A stretch of DNA of 64,000 nt from Octopus vulgaris (taxonomy: Eukaryota). Every line of letters starts with the position of its first letter. Position 1 is the stretch's first letter. Below are positions 12,398-27,760 of the stretch, in pieces. Position numbers and translations under genes: made by a program. The notes below the pieces were generated by a model, which was not told the DNA's origin, made no database searches, and saw only the letters and a program-made list of their open reading frames with translations. The stretch is from NCBI GenBank assembly GCA_951406725.2, contig OX597823.1:43710001-43774000 (forward strand), in the 5' to 3' direction.

Positions 12398-12794
12398 TTT
12401 TAAACTTTTAAATAATCATACTTTATATATTTATACATCTATCTATTAATACAATAGTACTTTGGACTTATATCTTCTGTGACGAATTTTTGATGTAATT
12501 TTCCTGCACTTATTTTATAATATAATATATACATGTTTATATATATCATCGTTTATTACAGCCGTTTTAATTAATCCCCAATAATTTGATTATAAATTTA
12601 GACATTAAATTTACATTTATGTGACATGAGTATAAGTTCATCAGAGGAAAAAAGATGTACCTTTGGATGTTATATGTGAGTTTATCTATCCATTTCAGCA
12701 GACTATGAAATGGATTGATAAGCTGAAATATTTATGTAAGTATGGATATGGCTAGATGGAAGGATGGATGGATGGATGGATGGATGGATGTGTG

Positions 12795-12905
12795 GTAGAC
12801 TCCACTTAGTCTCCACTTGCCAAATTCACTCACGACTCACTGTTCTGCCCGGGGCTTTAGAAGAAGACTTTGCCCAAGATACCGCGCAGTCGGAATGAAC
12901 CCACA
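12795..12905 (-). mobile_element. Decayed CORE-like tRNA SINE fragment
   Basis: CCAAATTCACTCAC...CCCAAGATACCGCGCAGTCGGAATGAACCC matches the family at 36110-36253. Confidence 0.6.
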
Positions 12906-14149
12906 ATTGAGTTTGTTAATTCATCGTTGCGCATTAAAACTACCCATCAACTGACCAACAGTGTCATCATTCTTACAAAAAAAGTCGTATCTAGATACAT
13001 ATTAACTTATTGGTGGATCTAAATCCGAATGAGTGCATATCTATGATCGAACACGCGTTAGTTCGGATCAATGTGTACCATAGTAGTTCAATGTACAGAA
13101 CAACATAATTCAAGAGGTTGAGGAACACACAGATAACGCTGCCTTGGTTTCGTACCCAGGAAATTATAGCATTACATGGATAAAGTTATCGTTTTTCAAT
13201 TCAGGCGCAATCCAAATGATGATTGAGTCAAGTTTCGGAGAGAAGATTTGGACTGATACGAGACTTTTTTTTTTTTTTTTGAAAAACTGGCTCTAATTTT
13301 ACTGACAATCCTTGGATCAAGAGAAAAGTATAGGAAGGACACTTAACCAACATGCGATATTGTAATTTCGAAACGGGGATCCCACTCCTGCGTAGCGATA
13401 TTCTAAACAATTCTGCAATGTCTGCTTCCATTTACACACACACATATCATACGCGCACACATATAAACACACACACACATACGCAAATATATATGCATAT
13501 ATAAGCGTATGTATATGCATGGATACATGTATGTATATATATATATGTGTGTGTGTGTGTGTTTGTGTGTGTGCATATATGTGTGTGCGCGCGAGCGTGA
13601 GAGTGTGTATGTGTGTGTGTATACATATCAGCCAGCTTGTATGATCACGTCGCGGCGAAAATGATTATAACCAAAAGGAGCAGCAATCCCAGAGTCAAAT
13701 ACAGTGCTTGACACCCTGCGATGTCAATTTAATAGCGGAACTGGAGACAGTTCAATGGTGCTACATCAAGACGACGAACAAACTTGGGGTACTAGAAGAG
13801 ACTGAAACAATTGCGACTCTAACCCGAGGATGATATACATATAGGCGAATTTAAAGGGGCCAGCAGCAAACTTTGGCATCGAGAGTTACGTCACTACCAA
13901 TCCGAACAGGATACCACTGGGGTTCCAAAGGAGCTACTCATCCTATCTAGGATTAGGATTAGATGCTGTAATAGCTTTGGATTTAAAGACCCACAGCTAT
14001 TTAATATCTTACCAAAAAACTGAGAAATCTATATGGATTGGGGATAGATGTTTTCAAGAAGTACCTTGACCTGCAAACTTCAAGGATCCCAATGAGCCTA
14101 CAGCGATGAAAGGAAGTCAAACGAGTGTAGCAACATGAAACTTCCTCGT

Positions 14150-14270
14150 TTACCAAAAGCTAACCGCACAGGACTGACCACTGAAAAGGTGATGATACTG
14201 CCGATGCCCCAGCATGGCCACATCCTTTAGGATGAAACACACAAAAGAATGAAAGAATAAAAGAAAAGAA
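14150..14270 (+). mobile_element. LINE/SINE 3' tail
   Basis: GCCCCAGCATGGCCACA..TGAAAC followed by (AAAGAAT)-like repeats; related tails at 5681-5730, 22160-22225 and 46580-46660. Confidence 0.55.
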
Positions 14271-14280
14271 TATATATGTA

Positions 14281-14317
<37 letters not shown>

Positions 14318-14322
<5 letters not shown>

Positions 14323-14528
14323 ATCCAAACAAGAAAACACAGAAAAAAAGAGAAAAAACACAGCAACGCAGGACGTGGAACAATTAAAGTATTATTGACG
14401 CTCAGGAAAGAAGGGAAGGAGGGTTTAACGTTTCGAGCGGAGCTCTTCGTCGGAAACATGGAGAAGGAAAGATCCCAAGAAGGGAAGACAGAGGAAAAAA
14501 ATATTTGAGCTGGTGGTTTTCAAGAGAT

Positions 14529-14530
<2 letters not shown>
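14318..14530 (-). mobile_element. pLTR fragment with HHR, inserted in (TA)n
   Basis: Homologous to 52330-52535 (+), including the HHR and the CTGAGCG..AATAATAC..TGTTCCAC..TTTGGATTAA tail; simple repeats on both sides. Confidence 0.75.
14423..14457 (-). ncRNA. Minimal type I hammerhead ribozyme motif (CCGA core variant)
   Basis: GTTT-CCGACGA-A-GAGC TCC GCTC-GAAA-CG-TT-AAAC: stem I GTTT/AAAC, stem II GAGC/GCTC, ACGT palindrome, GUU site. Confidence 0.75.
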
Positions 14531-14574
<44 letters not shown>

Positions 14575-15515
14575 TTTCAATTCTAAATCTTTTACATTTT
14601 TGACTCTGCTTCTCGCCATTTTCATTCAATTTTTTCATTCACCTATTTTCATCTCTCTTTCTCGTCGTCGACTTCACTTCACGATTGACTACTTCCTCGT
14701 ATTCTCATTCTTTCGCTTCATTCTATTTCCTTTATCATTGTTTTCTTTCTCTCGTGTTTCTTCTTGTTCCATCAGTGTCGTACTTTCTACCACTCCTCTC
14801 TCTTTGTCATTTCTCCCTTCGATTTCTTCGTGATTTTCTCCATACTTTCTATTTTTTTTCTGCTCCGTCTTCCTTTTCCAATTTCCTAACAAACGTAATG
14901 TTATTGACAGATAAGCATTTCAAGCAAAAAACAACGGGGTATAAACAATTTCTGGACTGCGGCTGCTTCTTGTAGCATTTCTAGGGAATACAAGGTAACA
15001 GGGAAAGATATGAAAATAAGAGAGTAGAAACAGTGACATGAAGAACTAGTGGCAAAGTGGAAGGGGACTTAGAGAGAGGGAATAGGAAGAGAAAGCGGGA
15101 GAGTGAGCTATGGATGAGATGGATGTATAATAGATTAACGCAGGAGTTTTGATAAGTTATGGTAATAGGGAAACTGAAAAGAGAGAAGGAGTAAGAGAGA
15201 GTGAGATAGGTGAGGGAGTGTGAGGGAGGATGAGAGGGGTGAGGGAGTGCGATAGGGATGAGGGAAGGATGAGGTAGGGGTGAGGGAGTGCGATAGGGAT
15301 GAGGGAGGGATGAGGTAGGGGTGAGAGGGAGTGGAGCAAGAAACGGAATGATTGAGAGATTAAGGATACGACTAAGTAGAAGAAATAGAAAAATAGGAAT
15401 AACAGAAAGATAGATAGATATATAACGGGGAATTTTTGTATTTCTCTCTTTCTCTCTCTCTCCACCTCTCTCGCTCTCCATCTCTCTTTGTATATATATA
15501 CACACACACACACAC

Positions 15516-15632
<117 letters not shown>

Positions 15633-16442
15633 CGTGTGTACGCGAACAAGCAATTATGCATGCATGTACGAATCCCCAATAAAACAATATCTGGATGTTC
15701 CACACTAAATGAATATCAAGAAACAAATATATCCGACATACTTCAACGGGAATGCAAACTAATTTTCAGTTTGAGAATGAATGGGGTGTTTTCATCAAAT
15801 TGCACCGTGGGATAGCAATACTGCCAACTGTCAATAATACAATATGCAGCAACTTTATTGCATTACTGGCAGAAATCTTCGTAAATGGATGATATCTACC
15901 GCAAGTTTGACGGTAAGGTAAATGAATTAATACACAGCCATCATGCTTGATATTCAGAGATAGTTAGAGAGGATAGAGGAAGAATGTAGTTTAAATAGAA
16001 GAATGAATGGAGAATGTTTGGCTGGTCAATAACTTTGGTGCATGTCTTTTTTCTGGAATTTAGAATGTTGCGAATGATCTAGGGTCGCAATTTCGGCGAT
16101 ATGTGATTGGATTTCGAATGATGAACATTTATGTCACGGTATGCTGTCAGGAATTATTAACGAGAGCTCGTAGAGTTGGTCTTGGAGTGAAACTGCTGTT
16201 GGTATTTTGTTTCATCGCAAAGTGTTTCATTTTTTACTCTGAGGAAAAGACATAACTACAGGTAATGTTACCGGAGATTTTCCAGCCAGCAAAGCTCCTC
16301 TAGAAGATTCATTTATAACTAGTGAGCCCCGCTGAAATTCTACGGAACGAAAGCTATTTACGAAAGAAAATATCATTTGATTTTTTTTTTATTCTTATCT
16401 TGCTAAGTGTTTCATTTCCAGTAACAATAATATATCTTAAAA

Positions 16443-16658
16443 TAAGGCGGCGAACAGGCTGAAACGTCAGCACGCCGGGCGAAATGCCGTTACGTTCTGA
16501 ATTCAAATTCCGCCGAGGTCGACTTTGCCTTTCATCCTTTCGGGGTCGATTAAATAAGTACCAGTTACGCACTGAGTCGATGTAATTGACTTAATCCGTT
16601 TGTATGTCCTTGTTTGTCCCTTCTATGTTTAGCCTCTTGTGGTCAATAAATAAATAAT
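16443..16658 (+). mobile_element. SINE with MetaSINE-like core and LINE-like tail
   Basis: CCGAGGTCGACTTTGCCTTTCATCCTTTCGGGGTCGATTAAATAAGTACCAG core; tail ..GTTTAGCCTCTTGTGGTCAATAAA. Confidence 0.88.
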
Positions 16659-16809
16659 ATATCTTAAAATTTCTCTCTACTAAGCAACTTATATTTCTAT
16701 TTCTCCCTACCACTTCAACAAACTTTTTAACCATGTAATTCCCGTTCATATAATTGCTGTTTACATGTCTTTAAGATTTCTCTCTATCTCTTCACCTCTC
16801 ACTTCTACT

Positions 16810-16848
<39 letters not shown>

Positions 16849-17240
16849 TGTAACTGCCTCCCCTGCCCATCTCTCGTTATCTGCCTTTCTTTAACCTTAC
16901 CACCAAAACATCACCCTCCTAGATATTGTATCCTAAACTTTCTCTTTACATTTCCCTTCCCACCCTACAGCATGTAATTAACACTTCTCTCTACCTCTTT
17001 TCTCTCACTATCTCTTTCTCTCTCTCTCTCTTAGCCACGTGACGCATTTAGCCTTATACTCCTTTCCCTACTTCTTCCTCACTTCTTTCTTATCCACACC
17101 CCTCACCCCCTCTATCTTTCTCTCTCTGTATCTATCTATCTGTCTATCTCATTCTTTTATTCCACCTCTCACTCACTCCACCACTACCTCTCTAATTAAC
17201 CGAAATATAACGAGCGAACGAACAAGCGGATTATCATATA

Positions 17241-17580
17241 GGTGTGATGTCGCGTGAATTTGTTAGGGTGTTCCACTCATGATCGTTAGATTGTGATTAT
17301 GATTCCCAGACCTGATCGTGTGTGGTGTTCTTGAGCAAAATATTTCCATTATCACAATGCTCCAGTCCACTCCTCTGTAAAAGAATGAACTTGAGACAAA
17401 TTGGTGTGGTGTGCGAAGAGAATATTGTGATATCGGTCATTCGTACCCCTTTGAAACCCTAGGTCACCAGCCCTGAGAGTTGCTGTGCATGATGAAAGCT
17501 CCTCAATCACAGATATCGGCAAGACTTGATCTCCGAACCTTAATAACCTGTGCAAATAATGCAACGTAATTTGTTTGATG
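17241..17580 (+). mobile_element. Decayed tRNA-derived SINE
   Basis: GTTAGGGTGT..CATGATCG..GATTCCCAGACC..GTTCTTGAGCAAAA..TGCTCCAGTCCACTC, as at 21285, 35158 and 57755. Confidence 0.65.
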
Positions 17581-17609
17581 CTATAATGAATCTGTCAATC
17601 CATAGCCCT

Positions 17610-18965
17610 TAGTAATAGTTTCCAATATAGACACAAGGCCAGCAATTATGTGGAAAGTGAGTAAGTCCCAAAAGAGGGAAAGGCAAAATAGGCCTCCATG
17701 GGGTTTGAACTCAGAACTTTTAGAGCTGGGAAATTGTATCATTAATAATTTTTTTCAACTTATAGCACAAAGCCAGTAATTTGGAGGCAGTGAGTTAGTC
17801 GATTATATTGACTTCAGTACGTGAGTAGCATTTTATTTTCTCGAGGAAAAGTCGAGCTCACCGGAATTTAAAGCCAGAACATAAAACAGGAAGAAATGCC
17901 TCGAAGCATTTTGTCCCACATGCTAGTGATACTGCCAGTTCGCTAAGGCGGCGAGCTGTATTAATAATGGTGTTAAATTTTGTCAAGCGACCAGCAATCT
18001 TAGGGAGAGTGTAAGTCGATTATATCGACCCCAGTACTAAACTGATACTTATTTTATCGACCCCGAAAGTCGACCTTGGCGGAATATGAACTTAGAGCAT
18101 AAAGAAGGGTGAAATGCCACTAGGCATTTTGTCCGACGTGCCAACGATTATCCTTTAACAAGGCCTGAAATTTGAAATTTGGGGGAGGGGGACAGTCGAT
18201 TACATCGACTCTAGTACTCAACTGGTACTTAATTTATCGACCGCGAAAGGATGAAAGTTAAAGTGGATCTCGGCAGAATTAGACCTAAGAACGTAGCGAG
18301 GGGTGAAATAACGCTAAGCATTTCGTCCAGCGTGCTAACAATTCTGCCAGCTCACCGCTTTAGCTATAGCATTAATAATGGTTTCAAGTTTTGGCACAAG
18401 GCCAGCAATTCCAAGGACGAGTAAAATCGAATACATCGACCCTAATGCTTGACTTGTACTTATTTTATCGATCTCCAAAGAGTGAATGGCAAAGTCGACC
18501 CCGGCGGAATTTGAACTCAGAACACGAAGATTGACGAAATACCTATTTCTTTACTACCCACAAAGGGCTAGACGAAGAGAGGACAAACAAGGACAGACAA
18601 ACGGATTAAGTTGATTATATCGACCCCAGTGGGAAACTGGTACTTACTTAATCGACCCCGAAAGGATGAAAGGCAAAGTCGACCTCGAAGAAATTTGAAC
18701 TCAGAACGTAGCGGCAGACGAAATACCTATTTCTTTACTACCCACAAGAGGCTAAACACAGAGAGGGAGGACAAACAAGGACAGACAAACGAATTAAGTC
18801 GATTATGTCGACCCCAGCGTGTAACTAGTACTTATTCAATCGACCCCGAAAGGATGAAAGGCAAAGTCGATCTCGGTGGAATTTGAACTCAGAACGTAAC
18901 GGCAGATGAAATACGGCTACGCATTTCGCCCGTCGTGCTAACGTTTCTGCCAGTTCGCCGCCTTA
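17610..18965 (-). mobile_element. Head-to-tail array of about 7 MetaSINE-like SINE copies
   Basis: Recurrent AAGTCGAC..GGAATTTGAACTCAGAAC and GTCGATTA.ATCGAC units every ~180-220 bp, all in the same orientation. Confidence 0.88.
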
Positions 18966-19794
18966 GCTATAGTGCTAATAATAATAATTAACAACTATAA
19001 CAATCAATGACAACAAATCATAAACACCGCTACGGCCATCGCCATTCTCTCTAACCACCATCAATAATAATATGAACATCAGCGGTGTTTAATAGCTCTA
19101 CCGACAAACTAAATTACTTGTAAACGTCCCGACGAAGTTCCTGGTCGAAATGTAAAAAAACAATCTCGGGTTTAAAAGCTGTCTACAGATTAAGGATAGG
19201 ATATGTGCTGTAGAAAGGTGGGTGAATGGAGTGTAGCAATGGCAACAACAAAGTTCTAATTCTATATTTGGAAGTTAACGAACCAATAAAAGCCGCCACC
19301 ATCATCATAGCCAGAAAACCCTCATCCCGCGCTGTCAGAACATAAAACGAATATCTCCTCCCACACTCTCTCCGACATCCCACTGGTCTTATAGATATAA
19401 TTTGAACTGTTCACCTAGAAAAATATAAAAATGAATGGGAAAGAGAGGAAGAAGACAGACAAAGAGAGGTAGAGAAAGAATCGGAGAGGGATGGAGAGGG
19501 ATGGTGGAGGGTGAAGGAAACGAAAGAAAGAAAGAAAATGCCGATGATTCTGATATAACTTTGATATACGGTATTGTTTTGGATCGTTTACTACTAAATA
19601 AACTTGCGGTTTGGTTTTATCTAGATTTCAAAATAAAGTTAACCTCGTTTTGAAACGACCGCTTTTCTTTTCTTCTTTTCCTTCAGTTTTTGGTCTTTTA
19701 TATGATTTTTCTGGACTTTTTTTTCCTGTCCTTTTCTTTTCTTTTCTTTATTATTGTTTTTTTTTTCGTTCAGACATACAATTCAAACAAAAGC

Positions 19795-19817
19795 AATAAT
19801 AATAATGATGATGATGG

Positions 19818-19848
<31 letters not shown>

Positions 19849-20800
19849 AACGATGAAGATGCTGATGATGATGATAACGAACAACAACAACAACAATAAC
19901 GAACAGCAATAAAAAAAATCAAAAACAAAATGATGACCAATAACTAATCATTGAAGATAATCAACCCGGGGGAGGTTTATTTTTAAGTTTATATTCGGAG
20001 GCCCTCAGCCAAAATAGCAACGGACACCAAACCAATTGTGATTGTATTGCAGCCATAATTTGTATTTATCGTCGTCTTCCTATGGTCTCGGCGAAAATCC
20101 AATTGAACAAAAATACATTTGTCAACCACTTCAGCCTCCATCAACACCAGCGCCGACATTAATTAATGTTCTAGTGGCGACAGAGAAGTGGTAACGGTTG
20201 GTTGTAGTGGTAGCTTTAGCAATAGTAGTGGTGGTGGTGGTGGTGGTTTTCATCGTGATTTTATTTGTGGTGGTGGTTGTCTGTTGGTTTTGGACTGGAA
20301 TTATTCGATGGGGTGTTGAAGCAGTTAATGCTGTTATGTTGTTGTTGTTAATGATGGATGTTGATGCTGTTAAAGTTCTTGTTGCTGTTGTTGGTTGTGG
20401 TAGGGGTGGTGTTGGCGGTGCTGGTAGGAGTGGTGATCGTGGTGCTGACGTTAGTGATGGTAAAGATGGTGGTGCTTTTGTTGGCTATAGAAATGATTTG
20501 GGGATTATATATGGGGGTTGATTTTGTTGCTTTTATTCTTGTAAATTGTTTTTGTTGTTGTTGTTGTTAGTGGTGGTGGTGGTGGTGGTGGTGGTGGTGG
20601 TGGTCGTCGTCGTCGTCGTCGTATTGCTGGTGGGGTTTCGAGATGGTGTCTATGGGCGAGGTTGGCGAAATTATTCGTGGTGGCAGTGGCGGTGGCAGTG
20701 GCGGTGGCAGTGGCGTTGGTGGTGGTGGTGATGGTGGTGGTGGTGGTGGTGGTGATGGCGGTGGTGGTGGTCTTGTTGGTCTTGGTAGTGATGGTGGTGT
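19795..20800. repeat. Trinucleotide microsatellite cluster (GAT, CAA, GGT, GTT, GTC, GGCAGT)
   Basis: Directly visible runs of these repeats. Confidence 0.9.
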
Positions 20801-21280
20801 TTTCTGATAAAGCAGCAGTTTGAGAGGATAACGAAAAAATATAAAGCATGGTTATCCACTTGCAGTGTAGTCGAGCAGACAATGACGATAAACATTCCAG
20901 TCCAGCTGTGCTCATCTTGTCTTCTACACATACTCCATGTACAGATATAGGACTACATTATCTAATGTATATTTTTATTTCTCTTAAGGCAGTAGTATGT
21001 GCTGCGAAAGAGATATCGTCATGGCCATTAATAAAGTCACGGGAAAAAATGTCACAATTAATTTATGGTGGCCGGCAACAAGTCACAGAGAAAGTCACAA
21101 TTTTATCTTGGAAAGAAAGTCAAGTAATCAAACAAAAATATTCAACTCAGTCACAATTTATTAAAATACCATAAACAATTAATGTGATAAGACAGAAAAT
21201 ATTTTAAATCAGTCATTAACTGGCAATATAGGACATTGACGACACTATATGTGAATGCATTAAAATAAATAAATGAGCCC

Positions 21281-21512
21281 TTTTAAAGCCTAGCCAGGCT
21301 CATGAGCCCGGTTTCTATGGCGTATGTGTTCCTCAGCTAGACGGGACGCCAGTCCACCGCAGCGATACTCATTTTTGCCAGCTGAGTGGACTGGAGCAAC
21401 GCGAAATGAAATGTTTTGCTCAAGAAAACAACGCGTCGCCCGGTCCAGGAATCGAAACCACAATCTTATGATCATGATGCTGACACCCTAACCACTAAGC
21501 CACGCGCCTCCA
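21281..21512 (-). mobile_element. Full-length tRNA-derived SINE
   Basis: Minus strand TGGAGGCGCGTGGCTTAGTGG (A box)...GTTTCGATTCC (B box)...TTCTTGAGCAAAAC..GCTCCAGTCCACTCAGCTG...GAGCCTGGCTAGGCTTTAAAA. Confidence 0.88.
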
Positions 21513-22239
21513 GATATAATGGCATTACATGTGACTTTTTACTGTGATTTTTTTTTTGTTACCTGGATTGGAAACTATTGCTACTTGTAGCAGGAACACT
21601 GACCACAGGAGTTGTTCCTCCAGTGTAGAAAACCTATCTTAAGGTAGTTACTGTAATCAGATCTTATATTAACAGGAATCCTGAGATCTTGATGCAATGG
21701 AATCCATCCACCCATTTTCCCACCAAACCATTTGTGGAAATGTCGTTGGGGTAAAGTTCTCAGACACTTCTTCCATAGCATCCTGTCAAAAGCAACCATC
21801 CTTTCACACTATCTAGCTGGATTCCAAAGCGTGATCAACTAAGATTATAGAAATGCATGAACTAATTATATACTGTCAGCTTCTGAATATAACTCCTTCA
21901 AAATCACCATCAAAAACACTCTATTCAGTGTCCGACATTTCGAGGTCACTCAATTGTTCAACTGCCTTTCCTAAAGAAATCATACACATAAAAGGTCCTC
22001 AAATGAAACATTGAACAAATTACTGGATATACTCCTAATGACAATACCAGAAAAAGCAACCATTCAAGGATACACTCAATGAAGACCAGCTGCTACAAAT
22101 TCAAACATAGATCAACTTCCAGACATAAAACAACAAAACAGAAAGTAAATAAATTAAGGCGATGCTCCAGCATAATCGCGATCCTACGACTGAAAGCAAA
22201 AAAGAATTAAAAAGAATAAAAGAATCACCCAACCATCAC

Positions 22240-23030
22240 ATTATGTCTCCTGCTGGTTGTCTACGTTTGAAGTATCTCTCTTACGATTCTTTCTCCGACA
22301 TTCTAATCCCGTTACTTTGTAAAGGTCCACGGAAAAAACCTCCAAAGTGAAGGTGTCGAGGACCATTATCACAGCCTCCTTCAACTCCAAAACAACGGCG
22401 TCTGATGTTCGCCTTCAGCTTAGTCAACGATCAAAGTCACAGGGAGCAAAGTCTGGACTGTATGGAAGATGAGAGACAGTTTTATGTCCCTCTCTCTCAA
22501 ATAGTTGTTTACTAAAGAACTCGTCCCTAAGCACCTACTGAACAAACTTTGTAGAATTTCTGCGCACGTTCAGATCTTCGTGAATATGTACATTTGCCAT
22601 ACCAACTCTATACTATAAGCATTTTGTATTCATAGACACACTACGTTTTTCATCCAAGACATAGTGAATTTTCTCAACCAATTATCATATTCATGAATCC
22701 CTTTCCCTGCCAGTCCTCTCATTGTATCTCACCTCTATGTCCTTAAACATCTTGCACCAGCGGAAAGCTTAATCCAAAACTAGTCTGGAGCATTTCATTA
22801 GTTTCTGTAGCATTTTACCCAGATTACCTCAAAATTGTATTGCATAATGAGCTTCCAAACGTCCCGACTGCATTCTGCAAACTAATGAGCTGTGACAAGC
22901 GGTGCTTAGCAGGGTATGTTCAAAGTGCTGTTACAGCCATCTCCTTCAATCTGGAATAACTAAAGTTGACTGGACAGTTTATTAGTTCTACAGTAATGAT
23001 GTACTAAAAGTACAATAATCAAAGACAGTA
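22240..23030 (-). mobile_element. Old decayed mariner transposon
   Basis: Minus-strand remnants YAIQF..LGKNATETNEMLQ..FRWCKMFK, IHEDLNVRRNSTKFV and TVSHLPYSPDFAPCDF. Confidence 0.8.
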
Positions 23031-23094
23031 ATAACTGCCTCACCTAAAACAGTCGCAAGACTTCTGGCATGCGTCGCGCATACTTTATGACGAG

Positions 23095-23222
23095 ATTCTT
23101 TTAGTTTCCATCAACCAAATCCACTCTCAAGGCTTTAGCTGACCTGGGGCCTTAGCTGAAATACTTGCCCAAGATGCCACGCAATGGGACTGAATCAAAG
23201 ACGACATTATTCGGAAGCAAAC
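23095..23222 (-). mobile_element. Decayed CORE-like tRNA SINE
   Basis: CCAAATCCACTCTCAAGGCTTT...ACTTGCCCAAGATGCCACGCAATGGGACTGAA. Confidence 0.7.
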
Positions 23223-23652
23223 AATTTGACATTAAACTGAAGGATTACTCAATAGTTTTCCGAAGAGTCTTGAGTAATAAACTTTTACAAGATAGGTTGA
23301 TAGTCATTTCTAAGTTTCGGTTTGTTCGCCTCTATCTATAACTAGATAGATAAATATATAAGTAGACAGAGAGACAGGCAGACAGATAGACGGACAGACA
23401 GACAAACATACGGATACATACATAGGTATGTAAATATATGTGTGAGTATATCAATACATACTCATACACAATACACACACACACACACACACACATATAT
23501 ACATACGTACGTACGTACGTACATACACGCATATATATACATACAAACATACATGCATACATATATACATATTGCGTATGTCTTGTTTCAACAAAATGGA
23601 GAAATATGTTTGCGTGTTCATGTTGACTATGCATATATGCTTGCATTTGTGA

Positions 23653-23706
<54 letters not shown>

Positions 23707-24494
23707 GTGTGTACGTGTGTGTGTGTTTGTTACATGCGCTTCTCTGTATGTATATGAATGTGTATGTACCTATGCGTGAGGTCGGAGACTATTAATAAAC
23801 ATGCACTTAACCAAACATTGAACGATATTTAATGGCAGCATGGAAAGGTCCACGTTGTTGATCAGAGTGTTAGAAATAGCAGTCAAATCTAGCTGAAATC
23901 GCACTTATAAAATTAGGAAAGGATAGCGAGACTGTCAAAAGGTTTGATGTTCGGTGAACTTGATACCGCAACAACAAACACAACAGCAACCACAACGTGG
24001 CCAGATGGGCACGAATACATTACGAAACTCCAGTATATATCGATATTAATTTCGAGTGGCGGTGGATAGGCAGAATCTTTAGAACGATAAATAAGATGCT
24101 TTATTCTATTTCGTTATGATCCGATACGTTCTAAGTTCAAATTCCAATGGTGTCAAGTCTAGCTTCATTTCCTAAGGTCATTAAAACAATGAACAGACCG
24201 GCTCAAACTGTAGGCTTGTGACAATGTTAAAAATCAATATTGATTTGTAAAAGTTCATACAAGTTTATCCATTGAGATGAGAGAGTAGTCAATGAAATCG
24301 TTCCCTGTGCTTGAGTGATAAATTCTTTTATCGATCACACCAGTAGGAAAGCCATATTTGAACGAGGTCGGATTAACTTTGCCTTTCATACTTCGATGTG
24401 TAATATAATAATACTCTCAAATATATTAAACCAAATATATTAAATTTCTCGTAAGTCATTAGTCTTTATCAAAAAAATTTCTGCAAATAGTGTC

Positions 24495-24660
24495 AATATG
24501 GTTGTGTAATTAAGAAGTTCAATTCACAACTGCATGATTCTGGGTTCGATTCTTCTGTGTTGCAACATGGTCAAGCATCGTCTAAAAGATACTCAGGTTA
24601 AGCAATAGATTACGAGTGGGATTTGAGCCAATGGAAATTGCACTGAAGTCCGTTATATAT
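24495..24660 (+). mobile_element. Decayed CORE-like tRNA SINE
   Basis: ATGGTTGTGT..AAGAAGTT..GGGTTCGATTC..GAGTGGGATTTG..GGAAATTG..GAAGTCCGTTATATAT. Confidence 0.6.
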
Positions 24661-24828
24661 CTAAGTATGTATACGTTAATATATAAATACACACATATAT
24701 ATATATATATATGTGTGTGTGTGTATGTATATGTATTTGCATACATCACACACATTCAGACACACACATTCACGAACACACAAAAATCATATATGTATGT
24801 ATATATATATATAACATATATGTGTACA

Positions 24829-27070
<2,242 letters not shown>

Positions 27071-27347
27071 ATTATTAATATTTGAGGGAATAAAATCTAA
27101 AACTTAGAAGGAAAAAAATTCAATTTAGAAATACTATATCAAATTCCAGACAATATTTTATATATACATAAAAAATTAGAAAAAAAAAAAAACCTTTTAT
27201 CAATTCAAAATGCACAATTGAATTACACCATCTAGAAAATTACATATAATAGAAATATTAACATTAATACTTAATCGTTGACATTTAATTGTTATTTTAA
27301 TGTTAATATTTCTATTATATGTAATTTTCTAGATGGTAATTTTATAT

Positions 27348-27412
<65 letters not shown>

Positions 27413-27643
27413 CATACATGTGTGTGCGTGCGTGTATGTGCGTGTGTGGAGAGAGGTCCTGTCTTTATGGTTACACCTGTCAAAAAGTTTGCGCTGCTTA
27501 TGTTATGTCCCTTATAGTCTCCTAATTGCATGATTCGAGACAAACACAGATTTAAACCGATTTCATGGGGGTTCATAGGATCAACTAAGCTTTTGAAAGT
27601 GGTTCCCAGCTTGGTAGCTGTCCCTGACTGAAACTTGTTTGTT

Positions 27644-27700
<57 letters not shown>

Positions 27701-27760
27701 AATAAGATAAGATAAAAAAGGTAAAGCAATGTGATATTCCTAGGATTTTATAAATAGCTT

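Larger units (their letters stand above)
9900..12610 (-). mobile_element. 5'-truncated Penelope-like retroelement with a 3' pLTR and an inverted 5' pLTR copy
   Basis: Minus-strand remnants: IRISDLSYNEEIFNNHANYYNQALAASGF; KEIIWYTPLFS...NNFPNNHKYHHIFNRSTIKISFSTLPNIGSII; CTCK..CP..GKC; NMIYKCI...MVYIGSS (GIY-YIG); TPYKHKSSICRLC...STCRH. 9930-10272 is an inverted copy of 12170-12530. Confidence 0.92.

Noticed and set aside
17208-17225. Minus-strand TTGTTCGTTCGCTCGTTA resembling miR-375
   Set aside because: It needs gaps to match, and no precursor hairpin is evident.
19129-19154. CCGACGAAG-TTCCTGGT-CGAAATGTA hammerhead-like string
   Set aside because: Stem I and stem II pairing is poor and there is no pLTR context; it could be a very old copy but is not supportable.
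20198-20931. Poly-His/Thr/Pro/Val ORFs resembling a low-complexity transcription factor exon
   Set aside because: Trinucleotide repeats are open on both strands and in several frames, with no domain or clear splice context.
21560-22130. Possible RTE LINE 3' end on the minus strand (AFDRMLWKK)
   Set aside because: One short motif is not enough to call it.
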